Origin: Lingula anatina
Lineage: Eukaryota > Animalia > Brachiopoda
Reading direction: 5' to 3'
DNA length: 64,000 nucleotides
Assembly: GCA_051362555.1 (NCBI GenBank)
Contig: CM120647.1
Coordinates: 17,336,651-17,400,650 of the forward strand
Shown here: one piece after another, positions 49,952 through 64,000 of the stretch
Layout of the letters: the number at the start of each line of letters is the position of its first letter
Position numbering within the stretch: the stretch's first letter is position 1
Notes under the pieces: generated by a model
Seen by the model: the letters and a program-made list of their open reading frames with translations, nothing else
Databases searched by the model: none
What the model was told of the DNA's origin: nothing
Program-made: the position numbers and the translations under genes

Positions 49952-52696
49952 GTGTCACCACGGTCATCAAACATGACACAGTGGTGGGAATTTTTCTCTT
50001 CTTAATTTTAAGTTGTGAAAACTTGATGTTGAACTTTCAGTGTCATTTTCTTTTTCATCTTGTAGCTGTCACTTTAACATATCCTTTTACCAACCTCAAG
50101 GAGATGTTTCTGTGAAGGACTTTGAAACGACTGTTCATGTAACTGTTGTAGACACATATGGCACAACAATAGATGGCACTGTTGTAGCTATAGACATCCA
50201 TTACTGTAGATATTTTAGCGAGTGCTGCACTGCAGTGATATTGTGGTGTTAACTGAAGTGATTAAAATCATTTACAGACTGCAATGTAGTTTTTAAGAAA
50301 TGTTTGGATATGATGTCATGGAAGTATTATATATAATGTGTGTGCATTGGCTCCTTTTTGCATTTGTAATATCACGAGGAAAGAAAGATTTTACATTTTT
50401 TTAATTATGGGACAAATTTAGGAATAAGTATAGATATCTCTTTTATTCTATAAATAGATTAAGATATCTCTTTTATTTTATTTCTCTAGGTATACATAAT
50501 GCACATATTTAATTTGTTACCTGTAGACTAATAAGAACAATCAGTTTTGCGTGTTCAGTATGTTTATAGTTGTTACATAAGCAGCTGTGAAATAAGTGGA
50601 ATGAAGCTTCTTTGCTTTTAGATGTGGCTAAATTTTCCATTATTTAAAAAAGCACACATTTTCTATTTTTGATGATGCAGATTAGTTGGTTTTATAAAAA
50701 AGGCCGAATGGCTTTAAGTAGAACAGGGTGAGTGAGCCTTGTTAACTGTAATATAGTAAGCAGTATGTATATATTGTATTGATGTAATGATCACGTATTA
50801 TTTATTTATACAAGCACTTAACTGTGGCTTAATTTACATATTCCTGGTGCCATTAAAGATAGTAGAAATAGTGCATGTTTATTGACAGCGAAAAACTCTC
50901 CAAGTTGCGGAATAATAGAAAGATTCAGGGTTACAACCCCTAAATTTCCTAACTTGCAGATGTGTTTCCACCCCACCCACCCTCCCTGTAATATCTACCC
51001 CTCCCCCGCAAGTATAACCTTGGATCCACTGGAGAGGAGAGTTTTGTAGTTTTGTATAACTTTTATGGTTACATTTGTATGGGTTGCTTATATTTATATT
51101 GGCTCTTAGCCACTGCGGTGCAGCAAAAGCTCTCTTAGAATGGATCATCTACTTTTCTTTTACTCAGAATGATGTAGTAGGTAGCTAGCTTTAATGTTAC
51201 CACATGTGGTGCGTCTTTAAGTTACAGAGGCGAGTTTGTAAGACAGTCGAAAAAACAATGAAAAGGACCCGTTTTAAACTGTATTTATTTCATGAATGGG
51301 ACAAAAACATCTTGTAAGGGTAAACTACTGATACCGTAATACAAGTCCATTGTTTCAGTCGGCTGTTTCCCGTTAGTGTTTCGCTACCTATACTTTTACT
51401 AGCTTCAGGCTGCGTTGAACGTTGTGCAATATTGTCGCTTGTTGTTTTTGTCTGTTTTGCTTTGAGAGCAGCAAAATATAGTTATGTTCACGTCAACACT
51501 GCATTTATGTCGATAGGTGTTAGTAAAAGAAATACAAATTCCAGAAATGTAAAACAATGATTTTTTTTTATTATTATTATTATTTTGAATAAACCGTCAA
51601 ACGTATTGTGTTGTTCGTTTAATGTCACAGTACAATGGTTTGTGATGAGGAATGCTGAAGGAGGTCAAATTTCAGTGTATTCAGATGTCAGAATAATGTG
51701 ACTTATTTCATATCTAAAAGTGAAACACTTCAGAATGACATTGAGATGTTTTTTAATTACTATTATTATGCTTAGATATAACAACTTATCAAAGATCGTG
51801 ATAAAATTGATTTTATATCAATAATATTTGTTATTGCAACTAAGAGTTGGACATGAAAGATTGATAAGAATAACCAAAACAATTGAGTATCCAGTGAGAC
51901 AAAGGAAGATTTCACTATTAAAATATAAATTCAATGTGTAGCTTTAAAAAATTCATAACATAAATGAATTAAATTATTAAAATAGTAAATCAATCAGTTT
52001 CTTTTAGATAGATAAAATTAATGAATTTTATACAATAAAATTATGTTACGAATGAGATGAAGCGCGAAAACTAGAATGAGGTACAATTGCAGCTACGTAC
52101 GTTTGAAATTTAAACGCACGCAGCACATGACCGTCTTTGACAGCAGGGCATTGTTTTAGTTGAGATTCTTGCCGCATTTTACAAAAATATTACTTCATTA
52201 ATTGAAAGTAAGGCAGTCTTCGGGTGGGGGAGGGGGTCAATGTGTAATAAATGCTTACGTTTGACAAAATACCTTTTTTTATTTCTTACCTGTTAAATAC
52301 TTATCTTAATTGCAATAAAAATAAACACCTTTAGAGCAAACTTACCTTTATGTTGCCACTACGTACTTTTGCACAGGGTGGCCAAGCGATCAATGTTAAT
52401 TTCGCTGCTCCGTAAATTGGTGTGATACAGTGATCGGTGTCCGACATAATTCTATAACTAATTTTGTCAACATCATGAAAATAATTGACTGCTATGCTGT
52501 GGTCTAGAATCCGGTGCCTGCATTTGGTTTGAATTTTTGTTTGTTTGTTTCTTTGATATGAGAACCTAATCGCGATCTTCCATTTAACAAAGGCACCGTT
52601 ATCTATTTATTTACTGAGGGTAAAACATTGTAAATATATATTTTATCTTCCCCATGGCGCTTCTTCACTTACTGTTGTTGATGAAAATAGAGATGG

Positions 52697-52784
52697 CCCA
52701 GGATTGTAGTAAACATGGCCCAGGATTGTAGTAAACATTGCCCAGGATTGTAGTAAACATTGCCCAGGATTGTAGTAAACATTG
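52697..52784. repeat. 22-bp tandem repeat x4 (cccaggattgtagtaaacat[g/t]g)
   Basis: Units start at 52697, 52719, 52741 and 52763. Confidence 0.9.
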
Positions 52785-53635
52785 ATCCCGTTTTCCATAC
52801 AATTTTTCCTATAATTATAAATCATAGATGTATCTTAAAGTTCAATGGTGCATACATTTTACTTTGGATGTCAAATATTGCCCAATGGGGAGAGAATGGG
52901 GAAATCTTTCATGCACGTAACCTGTGTACCAGGGATTTAAGGGGATCGATACATAAGGCAATTTCTCTAATCCTCTCGATAATGCGGAAAAAAAAATGTC
53001 ATGTGAAGGGATATAATTCTGCCGCATCAAAAGCACAGAGGGGTGACTTTACTCACTCGGGTCGATGACGCTACTGCAAAGTTTCTGAGTTGAAAACTGT
53101 GATATTGATTTCAAACAGATCTCCCTCATCTGAACAATTATAGACCAACACGGTTTTACTGCATATTTAATTGCAATTATAACTAAAAGTTTCTTGAGCA
53201 TAAATTATTTGCAGCCTTTAGTTTTGTTACATACTCGTGAGAGAAGACAAAAAATGTGTTTTTTTATTGTGTAGCAGCTACATGTAGGGCTTTAGGTCGA
53301 CATGACTTACTTACGGATCAGGTAACTTGCGCGATTTAGCCTGCAAGAATAGGCCAATATATATGTTGGACACCAGTTTTTGCTTATGTTATAGCGCTCT
53401 CTCTTGGCCTACATTGAGTGACTGAGCCTCTCTTTTTCTTTTTATGAACGGCGATAAAAAGACAAAGGGCATATTTAACTATACAATTCTCGGAATAGGA
53501 AGAAAAACCGGAAACTTGGACTTTGATACTTAATGTACAACTTACTATATAATATTTCTATATTTCCGTAAATATACGAATTTGTCACTTTTCCCTGCTC
53601 ACGTTGAAAGGTCGTGGCACCCCAGTGAATGGTCT

Positions 53636-53701
53636 TAGTAACTGAAGGGGCGTGGTTTGGTGACTGAAGGGGCGTGGTTTAGTAACCGAAGGGGCATGGT
53701 T
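53636..53701. repeat. 22-bp tandem repeat x3 containing GC-box-like GGGGCGTGG
   Basis: Three near-identical tagtaactgaaggggcgtggtt units. Confidence 0.8.
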
Positions 53702-56700
53702 ACTCTAAGTGCATGCTAACTGTAAACTGTGGCAAACCAGAGCACTTCATTTCTGGGCCGTGGGGTCATAATGACATTTCTCATAAGGATATAGCCATGA
53801 CTTAAGGATTGGGGTAAACAAAAATAAGGTAGTGAACTTCTGACCCAGCCCGTATTCCTTACTGGTTTTGGTCCAGTAATTGGCATATATTGTCAACGTA
53901 AATGGCAATCATTTCCTCTTGGTTTCATGTGAAGATGATGTCAATAAAAGCACAAAAACATTTATTTTATTTTTATTATTTTTATTGAGTATTATAAAAC
54001 TGAGGCATCATGAATGATATATAACGGGTATAATATACATTTTTCCTTTAAATACTGGATAAATAATACATATTGTTTACACACAAAATGACACAATCGC
54101 TAAACATACACATTAATAACATACAGTAAATAACAAACGTCGTTGTTTGTTCTTTGGTTTACTAGATTTAAAACTACTGGATTCAAACCTACACACGTGA
54201 AACTATAACGCCATAAAACGTGCGTTTCCTCAATATTCACGACCAGTCAGCCAGTCAGTATATACTTCATCAAATCTTTTTTTTTTCTTTTTCTTTTCTT
54301 TTCTCAATGAGCTATTCAGAAACTCGTGACATTCCATCACGTGAGAAGGCTGTTACAGGTGTGTAGAAAGGTAAAAGTTCGACAGATATCAAAGAAACGT
54401 GACAACTACTCCGCATTTTAAAATACATAAACCGCCACGCACGGCGGAACTGACGCAGACGGGACCAGTATGTGAAGAACCAAAAGTATGCAAACCGCGT
54501 GTCTTGCCTTTGTTTTTTATGTGTATCAGATATTACGAGATAATGACCGTTTTGACTACGTGCATTACATGCGGCTCTTTCAAAAGAGACGGGTCAATAA
54601 ATTAAGGTTATACTTCACTACAATCCGTGGTAGTATGTCGAAACTTGCGTAAATTAAAGAAAAAAAGTTGCTTGAAGCATATAACTAGTACCTTTTACTC
54701 TATACGGTTTCAGTGAGCTGAAAAAGCATGTTCTTTCAAGCGAAGATATTTTCAAGTGTTGAGGGATTTCCGAAGTGTATATGTGACACATTATAAATAA
54801 ATCATCCGTTTTCTAGTTTGTGTCCACAGCTAAATTCTAAAGAGCATGCTTTTAAAAAACACATTGTAATTCCGACCGCCGTTTTTTCCTATACTCTCAC
54901 GTTTGCATTCTGAGGAGAAATACAATGAAAGTATAAAATAGACATGTACAATAGCTTGGTGTGCGGGAACTTTTGAGACACTCCCCACGTGTGGAAACAG
55001 GACACATAATCTTCACAACTTTAAACATCAGGTGCCGGTTTAATAATGCTGTTAATGTACAAACTATGGGCACTTACAAAGGTAGTTTTTCTCCATTTAA
55101 AATTCACAATTGCTCATTTGCTCTTATAATTCTGTTTTTAAGGTGACTCCAGAAAGGAGAGAGAATTCCGCTCCGTATATGAACATGTAGAATTATAATC
55201 AGGTTTATACTCATGACCAAAAAGTGGCGTTGAACTTCTTTTTCTCTTAATCCCATTTCTACGATGAATATTGTCAGTCATTTAATTAACTGCCACCGTA
55301 AATCTTATCCTCAATAACTGATCCACTTTCTTGTTTGTTTTGAAAGTAGTCTTGAAAACAACACACCTTTTTCCATATGGTAATGCTAGTTAATGTCAAA
55401 TAAAACCGTTTGTCAGCAACTTTAAACGCCTTTTCTGCATACTGTTAGCAAGTCTGACGTCTGTAGTATATTTCAGTGCATAGTCATTTTAAATAGAATC
55501 TGCAGTTTATCTTGGTCTAAAGGTTCATGCTTTCTTTTTTTACTGGAAGACGTAAATTCTTTATGATTCCGATTTATGTCACCTTTTGTGTACCAAAAGC
55601 TCCAAAGCAAAAGCAGCTACACATTTAATGCGAGATCTTTATCAAAGGGGTTGATAAATAAATAAATAATAAATATATGTTCAGCCCCTTTTTGAGGTAG
55701 GGTGCGTTCAAGCCTCAGTCCTATCGAATTGACATCGTATGATACAGAAAAGCGCCCTGCATCAGTGAAGGGTATTTCAAACTGTCAGGGCTTCTAGAGA
55801 TTTTGAAAGATGGTGTCCGTCCTGCAAATTTTAACATATGAGCAGTAATGCCCATAGAAACGTGAAGCATCCGGATTATTGAAAGTTGTTTTCCTCATGT
55901 GCCGTATAGACAAATTTCAAACAGTTTTTTCTTTCACTCCAAACATCTCCAACGGAAGTTAATCTTTCGAAGGACAGAGATAAACATTTAGCAGATCCTG
56001 ATTGGAAGTGCTCGTAGTTGTTCAGGGCATTAATATAAGTAACGCATGCGCCTCAAAAGAACTTCAACTGGTCACCGATGTTTCCTTTCATTTATGAAGT
56101 CCGCGTGGTCGACGCAATCGTTTGAACCAGTAGTTACTGTCCCTGAGCCCCAACTTGTTTGGTTTTGTGGTTGTTTCCCCATGCTCATCATGGAAGTTGT
56201 TAAATAATATTTTCTCTACTCTACTCCGTGTTGTCGTCACCTTCTTACGTCTTGGCACTCTCCGTTTACATTTTTCATTCCCTCGCAACATTCACTGCAC
56301 ATGTTAGACATCCTGGAAAATAAATGAAATGTTTGATAATTATATTTTCCATTGAGTTCGCAATACACCATTAAAACATGGAATTCGTGGTTCAACAATC
56401 TTGTAACTCTTGTAACTCTATGATACAGTTGTCCGTTAGACAATAGGCTCTCAATTGATAAGCCTCAGATACAAAAAGTTAAGTTTTTGCTTTTTAATTT
56501 ACAATTCAGTGCTTTTATCGTCCTGTGTTATGTTCATTTTCATATTATCTTTATCCATATGCAATAATCATCATTAAAACCACCTCCGAATACGCGTACT
56601 TTCATATCGTTACACATTGAATTCGGTACACATTTAATAGGATACTGTATGCGTTAAAACTCGGTCAGTACCAAGTGGTATATCTGGTATAATAAGAGAG

Positions 56701-59682
56701 GAAAGAACTGCTAAAGAATGAGTTTGCTACATGTACTTATAATTATTGCAACCCTATTGCAACAATATTAATGAATGATAAGGTTATTCTGGGTAGGGTT
56801 TTGGTGGTCCATATATAACATTCATTTTACAACATGTTTATATGCAACGTCAGGTGGTATTTTGCATTCCGAATGGCAATATATAGAGGAATATAAATAT
56901 CTCACTGTATTGGGAGCTATATTCATAGAAGAGGATAGTACTATGGTGCTCAAGGAGACAGGTGGATGAATATTTGGTAATGATTTCACCAGAGGAAATC
57001 TGGAAGATACTGTATGTGATGAAGTGATGGGAAACCAACGGGATGAAGAATAAAATGATTTTATGCAAAGGAAAGAAGAATGCATAAATATAGTAGGTAT
57101 ATATAAATGAAACGGGGAGAGGAAAATATGTTTCTTCAATACCTTAACTATAGTGGCTTTAATATCAGTGTCAAGTTAAGTGTCCCCTGTTCTGGGATTG
57201 GTGGAGGGGGGGGCTTAGGAAAGGGCATATGTAATACTGTACCTATAGCGGCCATGATTTTGTTTTTTAAAACAAGTGTCCCCTATTCCATCCAAATGTC
57301 CACCGACAGGGGTTGCAACTGTCACAAAACGAACAGAATTTTATAGGTAAATTCTTAATTTCAAACAGTAACTAGTCATAGTTATTTTGTAGGGATACAC
57401 GTGTACGATACACACACCTACATGAGACTCTTTGTTGTGATGGTGGAAGGAACCAGGCTTAATAATGCATCTTCATTTCGGGATTGGGGAGGGGGTTGGG
57501 GGATTAGGAAGGAGTTTGAGAGTGAGGATACGACGAGTAATTAGGTAGGGTGTGGAGATAGGGGGTATGAGTCAAACCTACCAACGGGATCCAGAGGAAC
57601 AGAATGTTCGTATCATCCATTCTATTTTCCACACACAACTGAGACAAAATTTTAGACAACACATTAAGTTTTATGGTTCAAAAACTACTACTCCCTAATC
57701 ATTAGATAAATATTAATATCACGTGATGTACACTGATTTGAACATGTTAATGCAACTGTATAATAAAAATCACATTATTATGAAACTATTTAACAGAAGG
57801 GTTGTATCATAAATTGTTTTAAAACTTTTTTACTACACCCAGCGTTCTTTTTTTTTTCAAATTATTTAAAAGTACCTTTGGGTGCTTGGAACCACGCTGG
57901 GTGGTAAACGAAGCAGTTGGGTCAATTTGTACCAGTGCGCATCGCTATAACCATTAAACTACATTCACGGGATGGGGCCTTCTGAGGGAAATTAAATTCT
58001 ACAAATGTCCCAAGATAGGGTCAGAGTCAAGCACCAAAAGACCAAAAATGTGACGATCTTAATTCCTCTCACGTGCTCTGATGTTCTGCAATTTGAAATG
58101 ACGTCTTCCATGACGTAAATAACGTTATTAGAGCAAACTGTTTGTTTACACATGTTGTAAGGTAAACAAGATTAAGTTCAGAATGTAAGGATTGTGTCCG
58201 TTTTGTTGCATTTTTTATATTAACTAGTTTTTTGTTACAGTTGAATTTACTTACTTGCCGTTTTGGTCCCCGGTACACTCACACGCATTGAAGTTGCATC
58301 TTTCATATTCCCTGTGAACATAAGAAAATACAATCTTTTCATACAGTTTTCATAAAGATGTTGAAGTAGTTAATGACATATTTAAATGTAATAAATAGCA
58401 TAATATAATGAATACTTATTTTTAAAATAGAAATACTGACTGGTCTGAAAGAATACGCATAAAGCTAAGATTTGTCGTAACGTTGAGGATAATAGGCACT
58501 TATTATTTTACAACTATTCTCATAACAACCCTGGGCATTCAGTTAAGATTTTCATGAATTACGCAGTTAACCAAATAATTGTTGAAGCATATTTCAAATT
58601 AAGAGTCATAGAGAGGCGTACATGTGCATGTTTCTTCGCGCCACCATGTGCGCGTGTTTGTACGTTGCCATAATTTGTTAAAATTAGACATGATCTCCAG
58701 AGACAAGAAAAACGCTTAAACGCGCATTATATCCGTAGCGGCAGCACAAAAATTTTCTCAATGAGTTAAAGCGTTTCATTAAGACATGCATCTTGCGTTT
58801 TACAACCGGAAGCATTTAGCACTCTCAGGTGTCTAATAGCGTTTTAATGGATATCCATCTTAATTCTTGTTTTATAACCGTTTCATCATTCTCCACTTGT
58901 AAGGCCTTGTCTCCCATGTTATACAGAGCCAGGCTAAAAGTCTTATCACCAGTGGACTAGCTCTTGTCCAGGAATGATTTTTATCACTCCTATTCATCAC
59001 AGGCTGTTATAGTCACGTTTTATTAATAAAATTAAGTGCACGGGTCACTACTTTTCCAAATGGTTTCCTGCTATAAAATGACGGTCATTGTGGTAAACTG
59101 TATATCGGATCTCCAGAATGGCCGTGGACAAAAAAACATTTCCATAAATTTCAATATTTTTCTAACAGGGCATGATACCGAAACTAACGTCTTGTTTAAA
59201 CACTGTATACAGACAAAGCTTTACTCTGAAATTCATGCATTATTGTTTTTTTTCGCTGAAAATGCCCATTTTTCATTTCATTTTCTGCAACCGATGACTA
59301 TGTTGAATAAACGTGAAATGTGCCCAAGATCCAAGCAAATGGAATAATTTAATGTCCACTTTATTTGTTTTCCTTATTTAATCTACTTATTTATCCATTT
59401 ATTCTGTTTCTTTTCGTATAAAGACCGTATGCCGCCAGGGGAGTTGTTAGCAGTTTCTTTTGTCCCAGACCAACAGAAAGGCGCTGTCCTTTTTTTAAGT
59501 CAGCGTCTAGCTGAATACTACAGGCGGTAATTATCAACTTTTTAGCACGTTTTGTAGGCCTTCATCAGTCACCACCCACCCACCCCACCCCACCCCATCC
59601 CACCCGGGACCCAAATATTGGTCCCAGCCTAAAGCTATCTGTAAACTCATATAAATTATAGGAAATACCCTTGAATACTCAC

Positions 59683-62600
59683 GTTGACTCGCATAGTATA
59701 GGTATAGTTCTCTTCCTATTAATACTGTCCAGTAGTCGACTCTCACAGCCTCTGTCCCTCCAGCGAGTGCCACACCCACCACATGGTCGACTGCACTTTG
59801 ACCAGCTTGACCACGATGACCAGGAGTCAGGGACTGAAGGAAAAATGAGATAAAGATATTTTATAACAACAGTATATTTTGTGTTAAAGATTCCAGGTAT
59901 TAAATAGAGATTGGGGGTGTATTTCTTTTGATTTATAGTAAAGAATGGCATTTTTCGTGTTTAAATGGATTTTTAACAATCTAACAATTAATGAATCGTG
60001 TGAATTTTTGACAGTAAAAAGACCGTACAGTTTTACCTGGAAACTTTGGAAGAAGTTTGGGAAAAATCGATTCCCTCGCCTAAGCCATTACAAGAGCAAT
60101 TTATGTGTATAATAAAAATGACGAATATGTACACACACACACACAAGCCTTAAAATGACAGAGGCTTAGTTTTTGTAATGAGCAATACAGGTTAATATTT
60201 CTTTGTTTTCATACCTATGCATTCTCCATCGACTTTAATGAAATTATCACAACACACGTCATAGCTCCAATAGTAATAGTTCCTTTTACAAGCAGGAAGT
60301 TTGGTGCCAGTCAGCGCATGCTCACAATCATTACATCCGGGTTCTTCCACCACCATCCTGGTGGGAATTGGAATGGTGGTAGTTGCCGTGGTGGTTTCTG
60401 CTGTAGATGGCGCTGTAACTGGCAGGTATCTGTACGTTAGGCGGAACCCATGGCGTTCTCCGTATCCCATTAGACCTTCTGCAAGACCGCGGAACTTAAT
60501 CAAAACTTCGTTGGTTTCGGAATATATGTACGTCGTTGGTTTGTCCATACAGCAGAATCTGGAAAGGAATGAAAAAAATAGTAATAGAACAGCCGTCGAC
60601 AAGAAGAGTGTTATGAATTTAATAGAACTTTAGAAAAACAGATAATAGATGTGACCATTTGAAAAAAAAAGAGTTTCTTGGAACTATGGGACGAGATGAG
60701 GCATCCCCTTTTAAAAGTGTCTAAAGATTAAAGTGTCGAAAATCTTTCCAATAGGGGCTTATCGAGATTGAAATATAACAGCACAAATAAACCATTGGGC
60801 AGTATCCCTCCGACAATAAATACAGAGTAATACATAACAGCTACTGCCTGTCAAAGTAAAACATGTGGTTACCTTTTGGATGTCTCGACCAATTTTTGTC
60901 CGTAATTAATCTCCACGTAGTCGACACACCCATCTGGTTCACAGTACATTCCATAGCGAGGCCCGCTGAAGTGAAGTTCTATGCGAGTGCCCTCTGGCGA
61001 CTGCAGAGAAGAGCCAATTAATTTCCATTAATCTATTTGTACATCTACTTATTTGTTCCGGCACTGCGTTATTATTGTCGAATTTGACTTTAAAGAAACC
61101 AAAGCTTCAGCACGCAAAAAAGATGCAGTAAGACCCACCAGTTAGGTTTAATACTTTGTTTCCGAATTTCAAAGATGCAATACTGTGTCATAATAATGTC
61201 AATCACAAGTATAATGACAGTCCAAATATCCCCACCTTGATGAGCCAGTTACACGTCTGCCCGCCACGGTAGGAGAAGAAGTGCTCTGGAGACCAGTAGT
61301 TTGGAGAGTAAAAACTGTCTTCTTTTTTCTCAGCGTAGAGAGTAGCACCGCAGCCGTCAGCTACAAAACAGTAAGTAGATTTAGGTATACTTATGGGCAT
61401 TAAAACTTGGTCACAATACCAGAGCTCGTTACTTGAGCATGAAAGTGTTGGTTAAAATATTTTGCTATCAGGTTTCGTCAGGTTTCAGCCCTCTTCTGTG
61501 TGCTCTATCAAATCTGATATATAGGAAGTAACAATGCGTTCTTGCAGCTAAAGGAATTCAATGACAACCAAATATTTATTATTATGCTCTCATAGTATCC
61601 AAAGCAACATAATTACTAACAAAAAACCAAATGTCATTGCACTTTCTAAAAATTCCTGTCAATCTCTCGCAAATTCTCACAAACTCTCTCTCACCTCCAG
61701 TTGACCACTCGAAAGATTCACAGTACCAGCCGCCAAACCCATCCGGGCAGATGCACTTGTAGCAGGCATCCGGGTCCTGGAAGCCAAAGTGCTCACACGG
61801 TCTCTCGAGGGGCTCACGTGCGCACGGATCCCCAGGATAGACATAGGGCGTGGGTCGGGGCGTGGTTGTGGTCGTCGTTGCGATCGTGGTCGTTGTCGGC
61901 GTCGTTGTTGTTGTGGTTGGTGTCGTAGTAGTAGTTGTGGGCGTTGTAGTTGTTGTTGTTGGTGTAGTAGTTGTTGTCGTTGGCGTAGTCGTGGTTGTTG
62001 TAGGCGTTGTCGTAGTAGTAGGTGTTGTTGTAGTTGTAGTCGTAGTAGTAGTAGTAGGCGTTGTCGTAGTTGTCGGAGTTGTTGTTGTCGTCGTAGTTGT
62101 AGTGGTCGTTGTAGTTGTTGGCATTTTCGTTATGACTCTCCTGGTAGTTCTCGGACGCGGAGTTCTAGAATCGTAGATAACCCTCTCTGCCGTTTCCTCC
62201 ACGAAGACGGCTCGAAACGAAATCTGAAAGCCGCGCCTCTCTTTGGCGGGCAGAGTTTTCGTCTCCGAGGAACGGAACAGCACGGTGGCGAAGTTGGTCT
62301 CCGAGATCATGGTAGCGTTTGGTTTATCTGTACAACAGAACCTTTAAAGAAGAAAGCAGTCACCGTGAAGTGATTTTTGTATAGGAAAAGAATTGCTTCC
62401 CAGTTAGATGGCAACAAATTCGAAAGGTAGATAATTTTTTTTTTCAATGGCTTCATTTGCTTGAGAATTCAAAGGGCACCTGTAGCCTCCCCCTCCATGT
62501 ATACTTGTAGATAGGGTATATGTATACAGTCATATAAGATTCCTAATTAAATGTATCTGTGTATTTATCGTCAACATTTCTCTGCCGTACCAGTATTACA

Positions 62601-63993
62601 CCGAACATCAGTGGACGTTCATTTGATTTTTAGTGTTAGGTATTTTACAAACAACAGATCTGAGCAATTTGCAGCATTTCATTGATGAACAGTAGCTTTG
62701 TTTAAGTCTATTTCTTTCAAGCGTTGAATACTACCACGACACCGTTCGACAGCAAATGGAATCCACTTACCAGGCGCCTGTTGTTCCCAGACTTTGACCA
62801 TACCGGACCTCAACGTAGTCCACGCACGTGTCCAGGTAATACTTTCTACAATGGAGGCCAAACCTGGGCCCCGAGAACCGCATTTCTACCTTCATATCCT
62901 GTGGTGCCTGGAACATGGATAAGATTATGGTAAACGGGATGGATGAAACGTACACATGCGCTGTGTGTGTCAAATGTATGGGTCAACCATCGCTGTTTTA
63001 GGAACATAGTCAACATATCTGAAGTCCTGGATTAAAAGCAGGCATGCACGGTAGGCGCTGCATGTTGCCTATATGGCACTTACAAGTCAGTTCTGAGAAT
63101 AAAAGATGTAGCTACTCAGTACGTCAAATTCAATAACAATAAATATAAACATTTATTAAGCAGAGAAATTGTTTTACATTTGCTGACTCTTTAAGTTACT
63201 GCAATAGTACCCGGTATAAGTATATAAGTAGTAGATAAGATCCATTCAAATACAAGTGGGTATTGTAAGCAGAAAACTTGACTGTGAAATTAAGTTTGGC
63301 ACTTATCATTTGTTTAGGGATGTGACTTTTTGTATTTATTTCATCACAAATTTAATTGTGGCAGTGAGTGGACTTTATAGAGTGGGAGGACACATATCAA
63401 TCAGTTATCTGCCGAAAGATGGAAAACAAAAAGGAAGTTGTGCTAACCTTGATGAGCCAGTTGCACTCCTGTTGTTTGGGGTATTGCCTACTACGACTGA
63501 CGTAACCTGGAGATCGTATGATTTGCCAGTAGTTGTTAGCAACCTTCACTCCACCACAACTTTCTGGAGAATACAGAAGGATTCCATCAGCTGTTGTGTT
63601 GGTATAACAGCTGGTGTTTAAACTGTTGTTTACATTTAATATTTTCATGTCTATATATCTTGAGTAACTGTCTCAGGAAATGAGGCTATCCAGGTGAATA
63701 GTCTATTGAATGTGAGATTCTCCTTTAGTACTAAATGTGTGTGATACTTTGTTATATTGGTGAAATAGCGTTAAATGGCAATATGTAATTTTTCATTTAA
63801 TGTACGCTAAAAAAAAAAAAAACTTAGAGTAACAAATAGTAAGAGATTCAAAACTCACCTCCTACAGAGGGCGCTGTGGTAGAACAGTAAGTGCCGCCAA
63901 TGCCGTCAGGACAGACGCAGCGGTCGCAGTAGTTAGGGTGCTGGTAACCATCAAAGCCACACTTTCTTTCCAATTTATTCCAATAACAGGAAT
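59683..63993 (-). CDS. 3' part of an EGF-CUB-Thr-rich-EGF-CUB-TSP1 extracellular protein, probably an astacin (NAS/SpAN/BP10-type) metalloprotease; 5' end outside the window, last exon unresolved
   Basis: Exons 63993-63859, 63563-63448, 62907-62771, 62341-61695, 61360-61236, 61000-60873, 60558-60215 and 59833-59683 join in frame. EGF CGFDGYQHPNYCDRCVCPDGIGGTYC; CUB CGG..IRSPGY...CNWLIKAP...CVDYVEVRY...FCC...GFQISF; TSP1 WSSWSSWSKCSRPCGGCGTRWRDRGC. The catalytic domain is not in the window, so the astacin call is inferred from domain style. Confidence 0.85.
61862..62120 (-). repeat. Coding Thr/Pro trinucleotide tract (PTTTTTT)n, mucin-like linker
   Basis: ACN-codon run of about 85 codons inside exon 62341-61695. 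Confidence 0.9.
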
Positions 63994-64000
63994 CTAGGTA

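Noticed and set aside
58870-59520. Candidate terminal exons of the CUB/TSP1 gene
   Set aside because: Several acceptors give only an immediate stop or a few residues in the required phase 2; cannot choose among them without transcripts.
61789-62373. Cys/Arg-rich and poly-Val ORFs on the + strand (metallothionein- or TM-like)
   Set aside because: Antisense shadows of the Thr-codon tract in the CUB gene.

Overview
AT-rich, intron-containing eukaryotic genomic DNA from an invertebrate animal (probably lophotrochozoan; this is an inference from gene content and repeats). Manual splicing on GT-AG boundaries with frame checks gave seven protein-coding genes. These are: the 3' end of a short glucosidase-II-beta-like MRH protein; a 6-exon secreted protein whose mature chain starts with His and resembles X325/Bim1/LPMO-like copper histidine-brace proteins; a RING-B-box-coiled-coil (TRIM-like) gene with one coding exon; a small tail-anchored membrane protein; an AAC4-like gene with an unusual dual-frame 5' region; a PAG/LAT-style transmembrane adaptor with about 22 tyrosine motifs; and the 3' part of an EGF-CUB-Thr-rich-EGF-CUB-TSP1 protein, probably an astacin protease. 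Intergenic DNA carries five copies of a ~216-bp MITE with 3-bp TSDs, two decayed Tc1/mariner transposases, a 31-bp minisatellite and microsatellites. The most interesting items are the animal His-brace protein, the +1 overlapping-frame architecture of the AAC4-like gene and the invertebrate transmembrane adaptor. No database searches were run; family calls come from motif recognition.
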